The notes below the pieces were generated by a model that saw only the letters and a program-made list of their open reading frames with translations, was not told the DNA's origin and did no database searches. A DNA stretch of 63,290 nt, filler included, from Octopus bimaculoides (lineage: Eukaryota), in the NCBI RefSeq assembly GCF_001194135.2. It is 6 parts of 6 records of this genome, joined end to end, with 100 filler letters (N's around TTAATTAATTAA, not from the genome) between each part and the next. Parts side by side here need not be neighbours in the genome. Positions count along the whole stretch, not along the records: positions 26,125 to 46,086 come from NC_068991.1; positions 46,187 to 50,830 come from NW_026310554.1; positions 50,931 to 59,753 come from NC_068981.1; 3 more parts are not named here. The stretch is one strand, 5' to 3'. Made by a program: the position numbers and the translations under genes. Position 1 is the first letter of the stretch, and every line of letters starts with the position of its first letter. This document shows positions 41,561 through 53,240 of this stretch, piece after piece.

Positions 41561-41975
41561 GTATGTATATATATGCATATATGTATGTATATAGATGTAT
41601 ATATATATGTGCATATATATGTATGTGTGTATGTAAAAACAGGGCTAAGCGGCTGTGTAAGGAATTTGTGTAGGCATGTGTGTGCTCATGTGTGCGTGCG
41701 TGTGTATGTATGTATGTGTGTGTTTGTAGAAGACAGCAAGTTCTAGGAGAAAATTTATTTAGTAACGATTTCGATAGAGTAATATATGAAAATATGTCCT
41801 AAATTCTCTGCCTTGGTATTCATTCCACTTTGGCGCTCGCCTTTTTATCGCTCATCATTCCAGTGCTTATGGTGTGATAAGTGATAAGAAAGACAGCTCA
41901 GATGAGGAATCGACATTATGTCTGCGATTTTAGTGCGCTTATACATATACACAGACATACAAACGCACACATATG

Positions 41976-42010
<35 letters not shown>

Positions 42011-42142
42011 NNNNNNNNNNNNNNNNNNNNNNNNNNNNNNNNNNNNNNNNNNNNNNNNNNNNNNNNNNNNNNNNNNNNNNNNNNNNNNNNNNNNNNNNNN
42101 NNNNNNNNNNNNNNNNNNNNNNNNNNNNNNNNNNNNNNNNNN

Positions 42143-42196
<54 letters not shown>

Positions 42197-42778
42197 ATAT
42201 ATATAATCTACTTATTCAACGCTACAATACTATTTCCTTTCTACCTATTCAGACAAAGGATCCTATACAGACCAATAGACATTTCCTCTTCCTGACGCCC
42301 GCATAATTTATTCCACTGTCTGACCCTTACTCGTACTTCATATCAACTGACACAAGCCATTTCTAGTTTCTTCAGAGTGAATCGGCTGTAGTTTCACGTA
42401 TGAAATCTTGTATGAGTTAATAATGGATATTCGATTATTCCTCATTATCAAAGTCAGCTTCTCATATATTTACCTCATTATATTGAAGCTTTTAATTACC
42501 TTTTCAAACTATTGTTATCGTATTGTCTTTTCTATTTGATATAAATTAGGCTGTATATTGTGCTTCAGTTAAACCGTATGCTTAAGTCCCATGCTGCATT
42601 TACATTCTCTTTCGCCATGCAACATTCGCAAGCACAGCCCACATACTGAATACAAACACGAATACATATACATACACATGTACACGCGCACGCGCACACT
42701 CGTACACATACGGAGATAGATAGATTAGACAGTTATACAGATATACATAGATATAGTTATGGATATATATAATTATAG

Positions 42779-42843
<65 letters not shown>

Positions 42844-43989
42844 NNNNNNNNNNNNNNNNNNNNNNNNNNNNNNNNNNNNNNNNNNNNNNNNNNNNNNNNN
42901 NNNNNNNNNNNNNNNNNNNNNNNNNNNNNNNNNNNNNNNNNNNNNNNNNNNNNNNNNNNNNNNNNNNNNNNNNNNNNNNNNNNNNNNNNNNNNNNNNNNN
43001 NNNNNNNNNNNNNNNNNNNNNNNNNNNNNNNNNNNNNNNNNNNNNNNNNNNNNNNNNNNNNNNNNNNNNNNNNNNNNNNNNNNNNNNNNNNNNNNNNNNN
43101 NNNNNNNNNNNNNNNNNNNNNNNNNNNNNNNNNNNNNNNNNNNNNNNNNNNNNNNNNNNNNNNNNNNNNNNNNNNNNNNNNNNNNNNNNNNNNNNNNNNN
43201 NNNNNNNNNNNNNNNNNNNNNNNNNNNNNNNNNNNNNNNNNNNNNNNNNNNNNNNNNNNNNNNNNNNNNNNNNNNNNNNNNNNNNNNNNNNNNNNNNNNN
43301 NNNNNNNNNNNNNNNNNNNNNNNNNNNNNNNNNNNNNNNNNNNAAGATAAAAGATTTGTGGAGGGTTATGGCTTCGAACAAACAATCGACACTAGAGACC
43401 AGAGTGGACGTACGAAAACGATAGATGAAGACGGACTTTAGGGCCATAGGCCAAGATGAAAAGTAATGGGTGACACCTGAGAATAATTTCGAAAGGATAT
43501 AGAATAAATAGAAGAGAAAAAAAGATATCGAGATGCGAGGAAAATGACCTCCGGCTAGTTGGGCGTCCCATCCAGAAAAGACAGAGAGGAGAGAAAAATG
43601 ACCTGTATGTAGTCAAGTGTGAGCAACAGGCAAAGGGGAAAGGGACAAGAAAGAGGATGCGGGGAAGAAATAAAGGGAGTGAGGAGAAGGGAGAAGGAAT
43701 GAAAGATAGAGAGGGAAAGAAGGCCAGACGGGGACTGCAAAGAAGGAGGAGGTGAAAAAGAAATATAGAGGGAGAGAGAGGGAGAGAGAGAGAGAGACAG
43801 AGAGAGAGACAGAGAGAGAGACAGAGAGAGACAGAGAAAGAGAAAGAGAGAGAGAGAGAGAGAGAAAATAGGTAGAGAACAGAGTCACCGAAATTATGTA
43901 TACATATAAAAACTTGACAAAGAATAACTCCTCAGTTATATATATATATATATATATACCAGAGTAAGCACATAAATGTGAAACAAAGT

Positions 43990-44119
43990 GGAACAAAGAG
44001 TACTCAGATGCCAGAGGTAGAGTAATATGCTTTATTTAAAAGCAGCAGAAATATAACAAAATCTGTTACTCAGAGTTTCACGTTCCCTTTCGTCGGACGA
44101 GAACGTGAAACTCTGAGTA
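43990..44119 (-). mobile_element. Penelope-type pLTR fragment with terminal 19-bp hairpin and variant hammerhead-like motif
   Basis: TACTCAGAGTTTCACGTTC (44067-44085) is the exact reverse complement of 44101-44119. Minus strand reads GT-CCGACGA-aagggaacgt-GAA-ACTCTGAGT-A-ACAG. Confidence 0.5.
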
Positions 44120-44650
44120 TGTATGTATGTATGTATGTATGTATGTATGTATGTATGTATGTATGTTTTCTTGAATTTGTAATTCTAACAATATACGATT
44201 TGTTGAACTCACTAATTTCAGAAAAAAATGTTGACAGTTTTACTTTGAGTACAGGAGACTGAGTAAGCTTCTTAAGTTACTTTGAAATTTTTAGTCCGAC
44301 ACAAAGATCACATAACTCAACGGTAACGTATCAACAAATAGATATCTGTCCTTCATAACTAAATTCCAACTACGTTTAAATACCCGTCGAACTGAAAGGG
44401 AGACAACTATCACTAAAAGTGTCTTTTCTAGAGTCTCGGCAACGATTAATAACTACTACGGCAATTACATGGCCGCTACTGCTGCTACTGCTACTCATAT
44501 CTCTACCTGTTGACTCTTTTAAACTGTTGGCTACTACCCAACAACAAACAGTCGCCTACAAGTACCATGTGAATTTTATTAGAAAAAATAAAACATGAAC
44601 TTCCAGAGTTGTTATTATCGATCAATTTAATTTAATTCACTTAAATTTCT

Positions 44651-44845
44651 GCGTGGAAGGTGTTTATAAGTCATTTAAATACACACAAAAACCATTAGAT
44701 TCACTTCCGTGCAGCACGGAGTTTTGTCAGTGAACACGTCACGGTCTCAAAGCGTCGAAGATATTTTGACAAATTAAATTTAAATGCTGAAGTGAATCTA
44801 ACAGTTTTTGTGTGTATTTAAATGGCTTATAAACACCTTCCACGC
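44651..44845. mobile_element. Palindromic MITE-like repeat
   Basis: 57-bp arms 44651-44707 and 44789-44845 are inverted with 3 mismatches; internal CCGTGC-A-GCACGG dyad at 44707-44719. Confidence 0.7.
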
Positions 44846-45072
44846 TGCAATTGTTTTTGTTTCAGCACACGATCTCACATCAGGTCACTTGCTATGCAAG
44901 TTCATTGCCGTCATTTCAATTTATTTGTCTATTAATATGACAAATTCTTTTTTAAAGCGATTGAAACTGGTAAGCGGTAGCGACTTATTAAGCAAGCCTC
45001 TCTGAATATATTTTACTCTATCCCTGACAAAGCTCACAATGGATATTTTTACTTTTTTTTAAATATATGTAG

Positions 45073-45107
<35 letters not shown>

Positions 45108-45169
45108 TGTATATATAGACATATATACGTATGTGTGTGTGTGTGTGTGTGTAAATATATATTCTTTCA

Positions 45170-45540
45170 TTCTTTTATTCTTTTACTGGCTTCAGTCATT
45201 TGACTACGGCCATGCTGGAGCACCACCTTTAGTCGAACGAATCGATTCCAGGACTTAATTATTGTAAGTCTTGTACTTATTCTATCGATATCTTTTGCCG
45301 AACCACTAAGTTACAGGGACGTAAACACACCAGCATCGGTTGTAAAGTGATAGTGGGGGGGGGGAGAAACGCAGACACACAAACATATATATATATGACG
45401 GGCTTCTTTCAGTTTCCTTCTACCAAATCTACTCACAAAGCTTTAGTGTCGGCCCGAGGCTGTAACAAAAGACACTTGCCCAAGGTGCCACGTTGTGGGA
45501 CTGAACCCGGAACTATATGCTTGGGAAGTAATCTTCTTAT
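45170..45540 (-). mobile_element. SINE family A, near full-length copy
   Basis: Same two-domain organisation as 56636-57010. Confidence 0.85.
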
Positions 45541-45654
45541 ATATATATACATATATATATATAGGGTGGGTCAAAAGTCGCCTACAACATATGATCAATA
45601 CGCTCCGGACTTAAGAGTAAGTACTGAGGTCGATTTGTTCACCTACATCATTGA

Positions 45655-45935
45655 AGGCGTTGTCCCAAAGCAAAAACAAAAATGTTTTCTATCTTTAAGG
45701 AAGCCGAAAAATGCAAGAAAAATGTCGTAGTACTTGACAACTCCGACGAAAAAGAAGAAACAAGAAAAGCAGTAAAACAACTGAAATCTAAACTAAAACT
45801 GCAACAACAGAGTATCATGATAAAACGATGGCAAGTAAAGCTCTTACATGGCAAATATTAGGATAAGCTGAACAGAAAAGAAATAGACAAAGTAAGATCC
45901 CATCAATGGCCGAGAAGATAGTAGTAAACCAGAAA
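45655..45935 (+). mobile_element. Dong/R4-like LINE internal fragment
   Basis: SIFKEAEKCKK...KRWQVKLLHGKY*DKLNRKEIDKVRSHQW resembles the W-x-x-K-x-LHG...SHQWL segment that precedes the CCHC motif in R4-clade elements. Confidence 0.65.
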
Positions 45936-46022
45936 CTACCTACTCTGGCGTACTCGTGACTATTGGTATTAATATTGAAAATGTTCTCCCAGTTCTAGTT
46001 TGCTGGCATCATTACATATAAA

Positions 46023-46086
<64 letters not shown>

Positions 46087-46186
46087 NNNNNNNNNNNNNN
46101 NNNNNNNNNNNNNNNNNNNNNNNNNNNNNNTTAATTAATTAANNNNNNNNNNNNNNNNNNNNNNNNNNNNNNNNNNNNNNNNNNNN

Positions 46187-46605
46187 TGGCTTCGACCACG
46201 GCCTCCAGACGACTTTGGAATCTCTTGCAACTTTTTGGGATGGTCTCCTTGTTTAAGTTGGTGAATGCTGCCATAATCCTTGCCTTCGGTTCATCTTTGG
46301 TGTTACAAAGAGTTTTGTTGGTCTCTCACTCAACTGTGTCCCACACATAATAATCAAGGGGGTTGCAGTCTAGGGGTGGGGGTGGCCAGATGTTAGGAGT
46401 GATGTGGCTGCAGAAATTGTCTGGCAACCATGACTGGGTTCTCCTGCTTGTGTGGCATGGTGCAGAGTCCTGTTGCCAGACGTAGGGTCTTCCAGTAGCC
46501 ACCCTATTGACCCAGGGCAGCACTACATCCTCCAAGCACTTGATGTAGGCCTCTGTGTTGAATTTGAGATGAAAGGAAGTATAACGTGGTCACCACCAGT
46601 GATTA
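46187..46605 (-). mobile_element. Tc1/mariner DD37D (maT-like) transposase C-terminal fragment
   Basis: EDVVLPWVNRVATGRPYVWQQDSAPCHTS...WPPPPLDCNPLDYYVW, with 37 residues between the 2nd and 3rd catalytic Asp. In-frame stop, then ETNKTLCNTKDE...RFQSRLEAVVEA; truncated by a gap. Confidence 0.9.
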
Positions 46606-46654
46606 CTCCTAACACTAAAACATATACACACACATACACATATATATAGATATA

Positions 46655-46783
46655 TACGACGGGCTTCTTTCAGTTTCCGTCTACCAAATCCACTCACAAG
46701 GCTTTGGTCGGCCTGAGGCTATAGCAGAAGACACTTGCCCAAGGTGCCACGCAGTGGGACTGAGCCCGGAACCATGTGGCTGG
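46655..46783 (-). mobile_element. SINE family A head (runs into gap)
   Basis: CGACGGGCTTCTTTCAGTTTCCGTCTACCAAATCCACTCACAAGGC...GGAACCATGTGG. Confidence 0.8.
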
Positions 46784-47955
46784 NNNNNNNNNNNNNNNNN
46801 NNNNNNNNNNNNNNNNNNNNNNNNNNNNNNNNNNNNNNNNNNNNNNNNNNNNNNNNNNNNNNNNNNNNNNNNNNNNNNNNNNNNNNNNNNNNNNNNNNNN
46901 NNNNNNNNNNNNNNNNNNNNNNNNNNNNNNNNNNNNNNNNNNNNNNNNNNNNNNNNNNNNNNNNNNNNNNNNNNNNNNNNNNNNNNNNNCCTCTCTCTGC
47001 TTATGTGTATGTATATATTTCTCTCTATATGTATGAGAGAGAAAGTATCTATTTCAATCGTGTTCAATTCATAAATTGTGATGCATTTTTCACCCTACTT
47101 TCTTTCCCTCTCTTTCTTTCCCTCTCTCTCTCTCCCTTTCTCTCTCTCTCCCTTTCTCTCTCTCTCTCTTTACCACTTTCTCTTTACCTTTCCGTACCTC
47201 TTTCTCTACCTCTCTCTTTACTTCTCTTCTTACCTCACTTAACTTCTCTCCCTTTACTTCTCTCTCTTTACTTCTCTCTTTCCCTCTCCCTCCCTTTCTT
47301 TCCCTCTCCCTCCCTCTCTTTCCCTCTCTCTCCCTTTCTTTCCCTCCTCCTCCTCCCCCTCTGACTCTCTCTATGTGTANNNNNNNNNNNNNNNNNNNNN
47401 NNNNNNNNNNNNNNNNNNNNNNNNNNNNNNNNNNNNNNNNNNNNNNNNNNNNNNNNNNNNNNNNNNNNNNNNNNNNNNNNNNNNNNNNNNNNNNNNNNNN
47501 NNNNNNNNNNNNNNNNNNNNNNNNNNNNNNNNNNNNNNNNNNNNNNNNNNNNNNNNNNNNNNNNNNNNNNNNNNNNNNNNNNNNNNNNNNNNNNNNNNNN
47601 NNNNNNNNNNNNNNNNNNNNNNNNNNNNNNNNNNNNNNNNNNNNNNNNNNNNNNNNNNNNNNNNNNNNNNNNNNNNNNNNNNNNNNNNNNNNNNNNNNNN
47701 NNNNNNNNNNNNNNNNNNNNNNNNNNNNNNNNNNNNNNNNNNNNNNNNNNNNNNNNNNNNNNNNNNNNNNNNNNNNNNNNNNNNNNNNNNNNNNNNNNNN
47801 NNNNNNNNNNNNNNNNNNNNNNNNNNNNNNNNNNNNNNNNNNNNNNNNNNNNNNNNNNNNNNNNNNNNNNNNNNNNNNNNNNNNNNNNNNNNNNNNNNNN
47901 NNNNNNNNNNNNNNNNNNNNNNNNNNNNNNNNNNNNNNNNNNNNNNNNNNNNNNN

Positions 47956-48425
47956 AAGCTCCACGCGGCTCCGGTCCGGCAGAAAGTAACGGCGAACTGA
48001 CGCTGACTCTTTCGCCACAACTTTCTCTCATTCTTTTCTCCTGCATCTAGCAGCTCACCTGCGACAGGACCGGCGTCCCGTCCAGGTGGGGAACCTATAT
48101 GCCTATGAAACCGGCCCTTATGAGCCAGGCATGGCTCGAGAAGGAACAAACAACAACAACAACAATGTCTGCTCGTGATATTATCCTGCAAGTGGCTGAG
48201 TGCTCCACAGACACGTGTACCCCTAGTGTAAGTCTCAGGGAGATTCAGCGTGACAGAGAATGAGGCAGGGCTGGCGCTTTGAAATACAATTACTACACAT
48301 TTTGCCAGCTGAGTGGACTGGAGTAACATGGAATAAAGTGTCTTACTCAAGGACAGTATGCATTGCCTGAAATCGAACTCAAGATCTTGCGCTCGTGAGC
48401 CGAATTGCTTAACCGCTAAGCCTTC
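47956..48425 (-). mobile_element. SINE family C-related composite/diverged copies
   Basis: GCAAGTGGCTGAGTGCTCCACAGACACGTGTACCC...ATTCAGCGTGACA matches 54910-54980; tRNA-like head at ~48370-48425. Confidence 0.65.
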
Positions 48426-50006
48426 GTGACTCTTTGTAGATACACACTTCGTCTGCTTACTAAGCGTTGATTGAAACAACAACAACAACAAAAACAACAA
48501 CATCAGGAACAACAACAATGACGACGACAAAAACATCATCAACAACAACAACAACAGCAGCAACAACAATACTGCTGCAATGAATCTGTAATGAAGGTCG
48601 TTTCAAAGAAGAAAAACAACCTCCAACACTTGTGTAATTACCAAGACAAGAGCATATTTTGGTTTCAATCTACATCCGTGTCCAGGCACCATTTCTGATC
48701 TTTTAACCTCTGTGGAATATAGCAGACAGCGGTCAAATAACCACCAGACACGTTTCCTTTGATCCGCCTCAATAACAGAAGAAACAAGAATACAACTAAA
48801 ATTCCAATATACTCGTCCGAATCTTTGAAAAATTTACAATTCTCTGTTTGCAGGCAATATTAACCAAAACTGCTGAAACATTCGATATTGAATGCGCAAA
48901 TAACTGTTCTCTTTCATTCAACACACATTCTGACATTCTGGCCAATAATGATGTTCGATGAATTTATTTTGCTAAAAATCAATGCTAAACGCGAATTGTT
49001 TGAGTGAATTTTCCAGTAGTGAAAGTTAAGAAAATACAAATATAAAAATCTCAATAATGAAACATCGCCGTTGTCGCCGCCGCCGCCACCGACGCCACAA
49101 CCGCCGCCGCCGCCGCCACCGACGCCACAACCGCCACCATCGCCGCCACCGACGCCACAACCGCCGCCGCCGCCACCACCGTCGTCGTCGTCGTCAGAGC
49201 CACCACAACCACCACTGATCATTATTGTAATTGTCACCACCGCCACCGTCTTCATCATCACAACCGCTACCACCATTATCGTCATCGTGGTAGTCGCCAT
49301 CGTGGTGGTGGTCGTCGTCACCATTATCCTCATCATCACTGACGTTACCGCCACCATCGTTGTGATCCTCCTCCTCCTCATCATCATCATCATCGTTATC
49401 ATTACCTCGTTATCATCGTCATCGTCATCATCAGTGACATACATCACCGTCACCACCACCGTCGTTGTGGACATCCGATATGCTAGAAAGAGATCATCCA
49501 CGATCTAACCACAAAGAAAATAATGTTCTCTAGAGAAAATTCAGCAAAACACCAGAACATAAGTGGGCAAGCCAAATGAAAATATACAAAATAAAGAATT
49601 AATCGTATACCGGGTTCGCCATCAACTCTTTTACTAACGTAAAAACGTCCGTGGCTCGTCAGTACGGCCGTTCTAATTCAATATAATTTGCAGAACGATA
49701 CACGAATTGTCTCCATAAAGTTTGATGTGCGTACAGTTCTACCGATTACATTGGGGTTATTTTCAAATGTCTCAGCTCTGGCGCGCTAAATTCCGGAAAC
49801 AGCTCTGCAGAAGATAATTCACTGCAGTGGATGTTGCCGGTTATCATGAGGGTGATAAATTGAATATTAATTTAATTAACATCAATTTAAAACCAGTCGC
49901 CTAGCATATAAAAAATCTGAAAATTCAGAAAAAAATGTATTACATGCGTATAAGAAGGGATGACCACTAAGTAGACATCTGATATGCTAGAAAGTGATCA
50001 TACATA

Positions 50007-50074
<68 letters not shown>

Positions 50075-50111
50075 NNNNNNNNNNTGATATGCTAGAAAGT
50101 GATCATACATA

Positions 50112-50167
<56 letters not shown>

Positions 50168-50182
50168 TACACACACACAACA

Positions 50183-50330
50183 GTTTCAGTTTCCGTCTAC
50201 CAAATCCACTCACAAGGATTTAGTTTGCCCGAAGAGATAGCAGAAGATATCTGCCCAAGATGCCACTGAGCGGGACTGAAACCGGAACCATGTGGTTGGG
50301 AAGTAAACTTCTTACCACACAGCCACGTTG
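50183..50330 (-). mobile_element. SINE family A head
   Basis: TTTCAGTTTCCGTCTACCAAATCCACTCACAAGG...CTTACCACACAGCCAC. Confidence 0.75.
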
Positions 50331-51158
50331 AACCTACACACACACACATGTATGTATATATATATACATGCATACATACATACATACATACATACATACA
50401 CACATACATACATGCTCACATACGAACATGCGCGTAATGATTATTCATGTATGTATATATGTCTGCGTGTATGCACGTGGATGTGTGTGTGTGTGTGTGT
50501 GTGTGCGTGCGTGTGTTTGTACGAGTGTTTATGAAGTGTCTCTGCACCTGAGCGCATATACAAGTGCATACATAGAGAGTTGAATGCCACGTGCTGCCAC
50601 GCAGACAGCCAGTGGCGCATGCAGGCACAGCCATGCATAAACAGACACATACATACATTCGCACATACATACATACATACACACATACATACACACATAC
50701 ATTTATACAAGAGTATATGTAGCGGTTTTGAAGGATTTCCAGCTTGGCCAGGCTCCCAGCTCATTTCCTATCTAACAGATATCTAATCTGATTAGTAAAT
50801 ATTGCTAAATGTGGTGGTGGTGGTGGTGGTNNNNNNNNNNNNNNNNNNNNNNNNNNNNNNNNNNNNNNNNNNNNTTAATTAATTAANNNNNNNNNNNNNN
50901 NNNNNNNNNNNNNNNNNNNNNNNNNNNNNNATGAGATCTTTAAAAGATGATGGGTGGAGGAGACGAAACTGGTATATTACTGATATTTATTTTATAAATA
51001 TTTATCTTATATGTAAAGTGATGGTATGTTGTCAACTTAATGTGACAATGTCATGAGAGGGAAGAATGCTACTGCTATTTAGCCCTAGGAAACACCGTTT
51101 CCTGTGTCCTTATGTTTACAAAGAGGGAGATAGGCACCTCCACCCATCAAAACCAGCA

Positions 51159-51201
51159 TCCAGAGACTAGTTTCAGAGTCATTGCTCATCATCAGTCTGG
51201 A
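51159..51201 (-). ncRNA. Minimal type I hammerhead ribozyme motif (PLE type), core intact
   Basis: Minus strand reads TCCAGA-CTGATGA-tGAGcaatgaCTCt-GAA-ACTAGT-C-TCTGGA: perfect 6-bp stem I, CUGAUGA core, short stem II, GAAA, palindromic stem III (ACUAGU) and a GUC cleavage triplet. The stem II closing positions are U/U (non-canonical). Confidence 0.75.
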
Positions 51202-51220
51202 GTAGCATGGCTTGCTAGCT

Positions 51221-52968
51221 TAATTCTTTATTACAGGTACAAGGCCTAATTACAGAGGGGACAAACAAAGACATGCGGGAATATAAAACATATGAAGGAT
51301 GAATGTGAAAATTATATATTTACAATGCAAATGAGCCGGCCATCTCGCTCTCGCTGCGAGATGAAACCGTGTATTTCTTTACCATTAACTTATTACACAA
51401 CTTCTAGCCTCGCTCCGAAGTGAAACCGCAACTACCCTTTTCGCTTCCGCCCTATAATTACACCTTTTAAACAAATGTTCAAACAGGATTTACTTCTTAT
51501 TTTCCTTTTTTTCAACCAAATGTATATCACATTATTTTTTAAAAAGCATTTTGGAAACCTAATTCATTCAACACTTGCAAAATGACTTGTTTTTTCCTTT
51601 TTTCTTTCTTTTTTTCTTAAAAGTTCAAATAAATATTTTCTGAATTACAGTCTTTACAAAATTGTATCGACTTACCTCTTCTGTCTCTCACAATGTCTTT
51701 CACTCTTACACTCCTTTACGTTGGAGTATCCTATCTCACTATAATTTGCCTTTTGTTTGTGTTTTTCATGTTGTCTCTTTTTGTTTCTATTTTCCTGCTG
51801 TTTTGTGAGTTCTTCTATCTTCGCCTCTAAGTCTGTGTGTTCGTGTTTTTGTGTGTCTGTGTGTTGGTTTGACTGTAACTCTGCGTGTTTCGTCTGTGTG
51901 TCTATGGTTTTAGGTTTCCGTACTTCTGAGTTGTCTTGCTTCTGGTCTGCATGATTCCGTTTCTGGTCGTGGGTTGAGTTTCTTCTTCCATTCCTTTACA
52001 TTTCTTCATTTTCACTGTCGTCGGTGACTTTCTTCTCTCTCTTTTCCTGGGTTTTACTCTACCAAATAGCCATCATATTCTGTTCTCTGCTTCTGCTTTT
52101 TTTCCACCACTGTATCTTCCTGTACACTCTCTTTCACCATTTCTCCTGCTGCTCTAGGGCATTTCCTTCTCAGGTGCCCTCTTTCACCGCATCCGTAACA
52201 TTTTGGGGGTCTCCCCTCCAACATTACTTCCAGCTTTTCACCGTTTGGTAATTCCACAGTTTCCGCCATTTCGTCGTAATATTCTGGGGTTACTGCGCAA
52301 ATTACTTCAATGCCATATATCCACCAATTCAATTGTTGAGTTCTGCTTACAATACAAATGTTCAGGTTTTCACTTCCCTTCGCCAGCTCTGAATTAAATA
52401 TTGCGACTATTACCCATTCTCGGTCTATCGACAGTGGGATTCTTCCCACCCTGACCCTTACAATTCTTTTGCCCAAACTGCTCAGCACCAGTGTCCATTT
52501 CTCTCCTAGTATCAGTCTGTTATCATTCATTTTCGCCTCCTCTTCTGATGCAAAGCTGACTATTATAGTCGCGTATTTCCTTCCTCTTGTAAAGTAAGTT
52601 ATTCCTTCACCCATTTGTTCCTTCAATATTTCCTCAATCTTTTCCTGCGGTGCATATTCTATTCTCCTATTTTCATTCGAAAATGTTCTGAATATCACCG
52701 TCCTGCTTTCCATTTTTCTTTCTTTCCTCCTCTGGCAGAGTCATTTTTATGTTTGACCCTTCTTTTTCTATTATGTCATAATATATTGCTATCTTCTCCT
52801 CATTCCACTCCATCTTCTTTGGCTTCAGCACACGTGGGTCTATAGCATCTCGACCTCCAGTAGCTTCTGCGTAACTCTTCTTTTCTTCCATTATTCACTT
52901 CCACCCAACGATGGTGGCTTCGCACAAAAAATTTCGCTTTGAATTCTTCAAAAAACAACAAAAGGGCG
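51221..52968 (-). mobile_element. ORF1-only (half-L1-like) non-autonomous L1/Tx1-type retroelement with 13-bp TSD
   Basis: Flanked by TGGCTTGCTAGCT (51208-51220) and TGGCTTACTAGCT (52969-52981). Contains a zinc-knuckle ORF1, an A-rich 3' region and ends in ...GTAATAAAGAATTA. No endonuclease or RT motifs seen between ORF1 and the 3' end. Confidence 0.75.
52054..52891 (-). pseudogene. LINE ORF1 / gag-like nucleic-acid-binding protein with CCHC zinc knuckle (frameshifted)
   Basis: ORF 52054-52713 contains LEGRPPKCYGCGERGHLRRKC (CX2CX4HX4C). The upstream frame 52673-52891 starts MEEKKSYAEA (SYA motif typical of L1/Tx1 ORF1 N-termini) and joins through a frameshift in an A-rich run near 52715. 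A charged low-complexity tail continues with further disruptions to ~51750. Confidence 0.8.
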
Positions 52969-53197
52969 TGGCTTACTAGCTGTCGATGCCTATCTGCCTT
53001 TGTAAACATTTAATAATTCAAATGAAATACATTCACTGATTTCGAAAATAGAAATAATTCATTTCTAAATCTCTCAGAGTGCTGCTACTGTATAAATCTC
53101 TCTGAGAGATTTAGAAATGTATTATTTCTATTTTCGAAATCAGTGAATGTATTTCACTTGAATTATTATATGTTTGACAGCTAGCAAGCCATGCTAT

Positions 53198-53240
53198 TCC
53201 AGAGTGATGATGAGCAATGACTCTGAAACTAGTCTCTGGA
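53198..53240 (+). ncRNA. Second copy of the hammerhead motif, core mutated (GUGAUGA)
   Basis: TCCAGA-GTGATGA-TGAGCAATGACTCT-GAAACTAGTC-TCTGGA; identical to 51159-51201 except C3>G, which is expected to impair cleavage. Confidence 0.7.

Noticed and set aside
48660-48860. Minus-strand frame with an apparent transmembrane helix (YIGILVVFLFLLLLRRIK)
   Set aside because: T-rich DNA yields hydrophobic runs by default; several competing frames and no clear donor.
48914-49508. Poly-Pro/Gly/Thr/Asp ORFs (also 13489-13794, 17010-17926, 19381-19674, 36584-36895)
   Set aside because: Compound trinucleotide microsatellites open on both strands, with no splice or domain evidence.
49980-50180. Duplicated TGATATGCTAGAAAGTGATCATAC + (TA)n block around a 10-N gap
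   Set aside because: Same assembly-overlap artefact.
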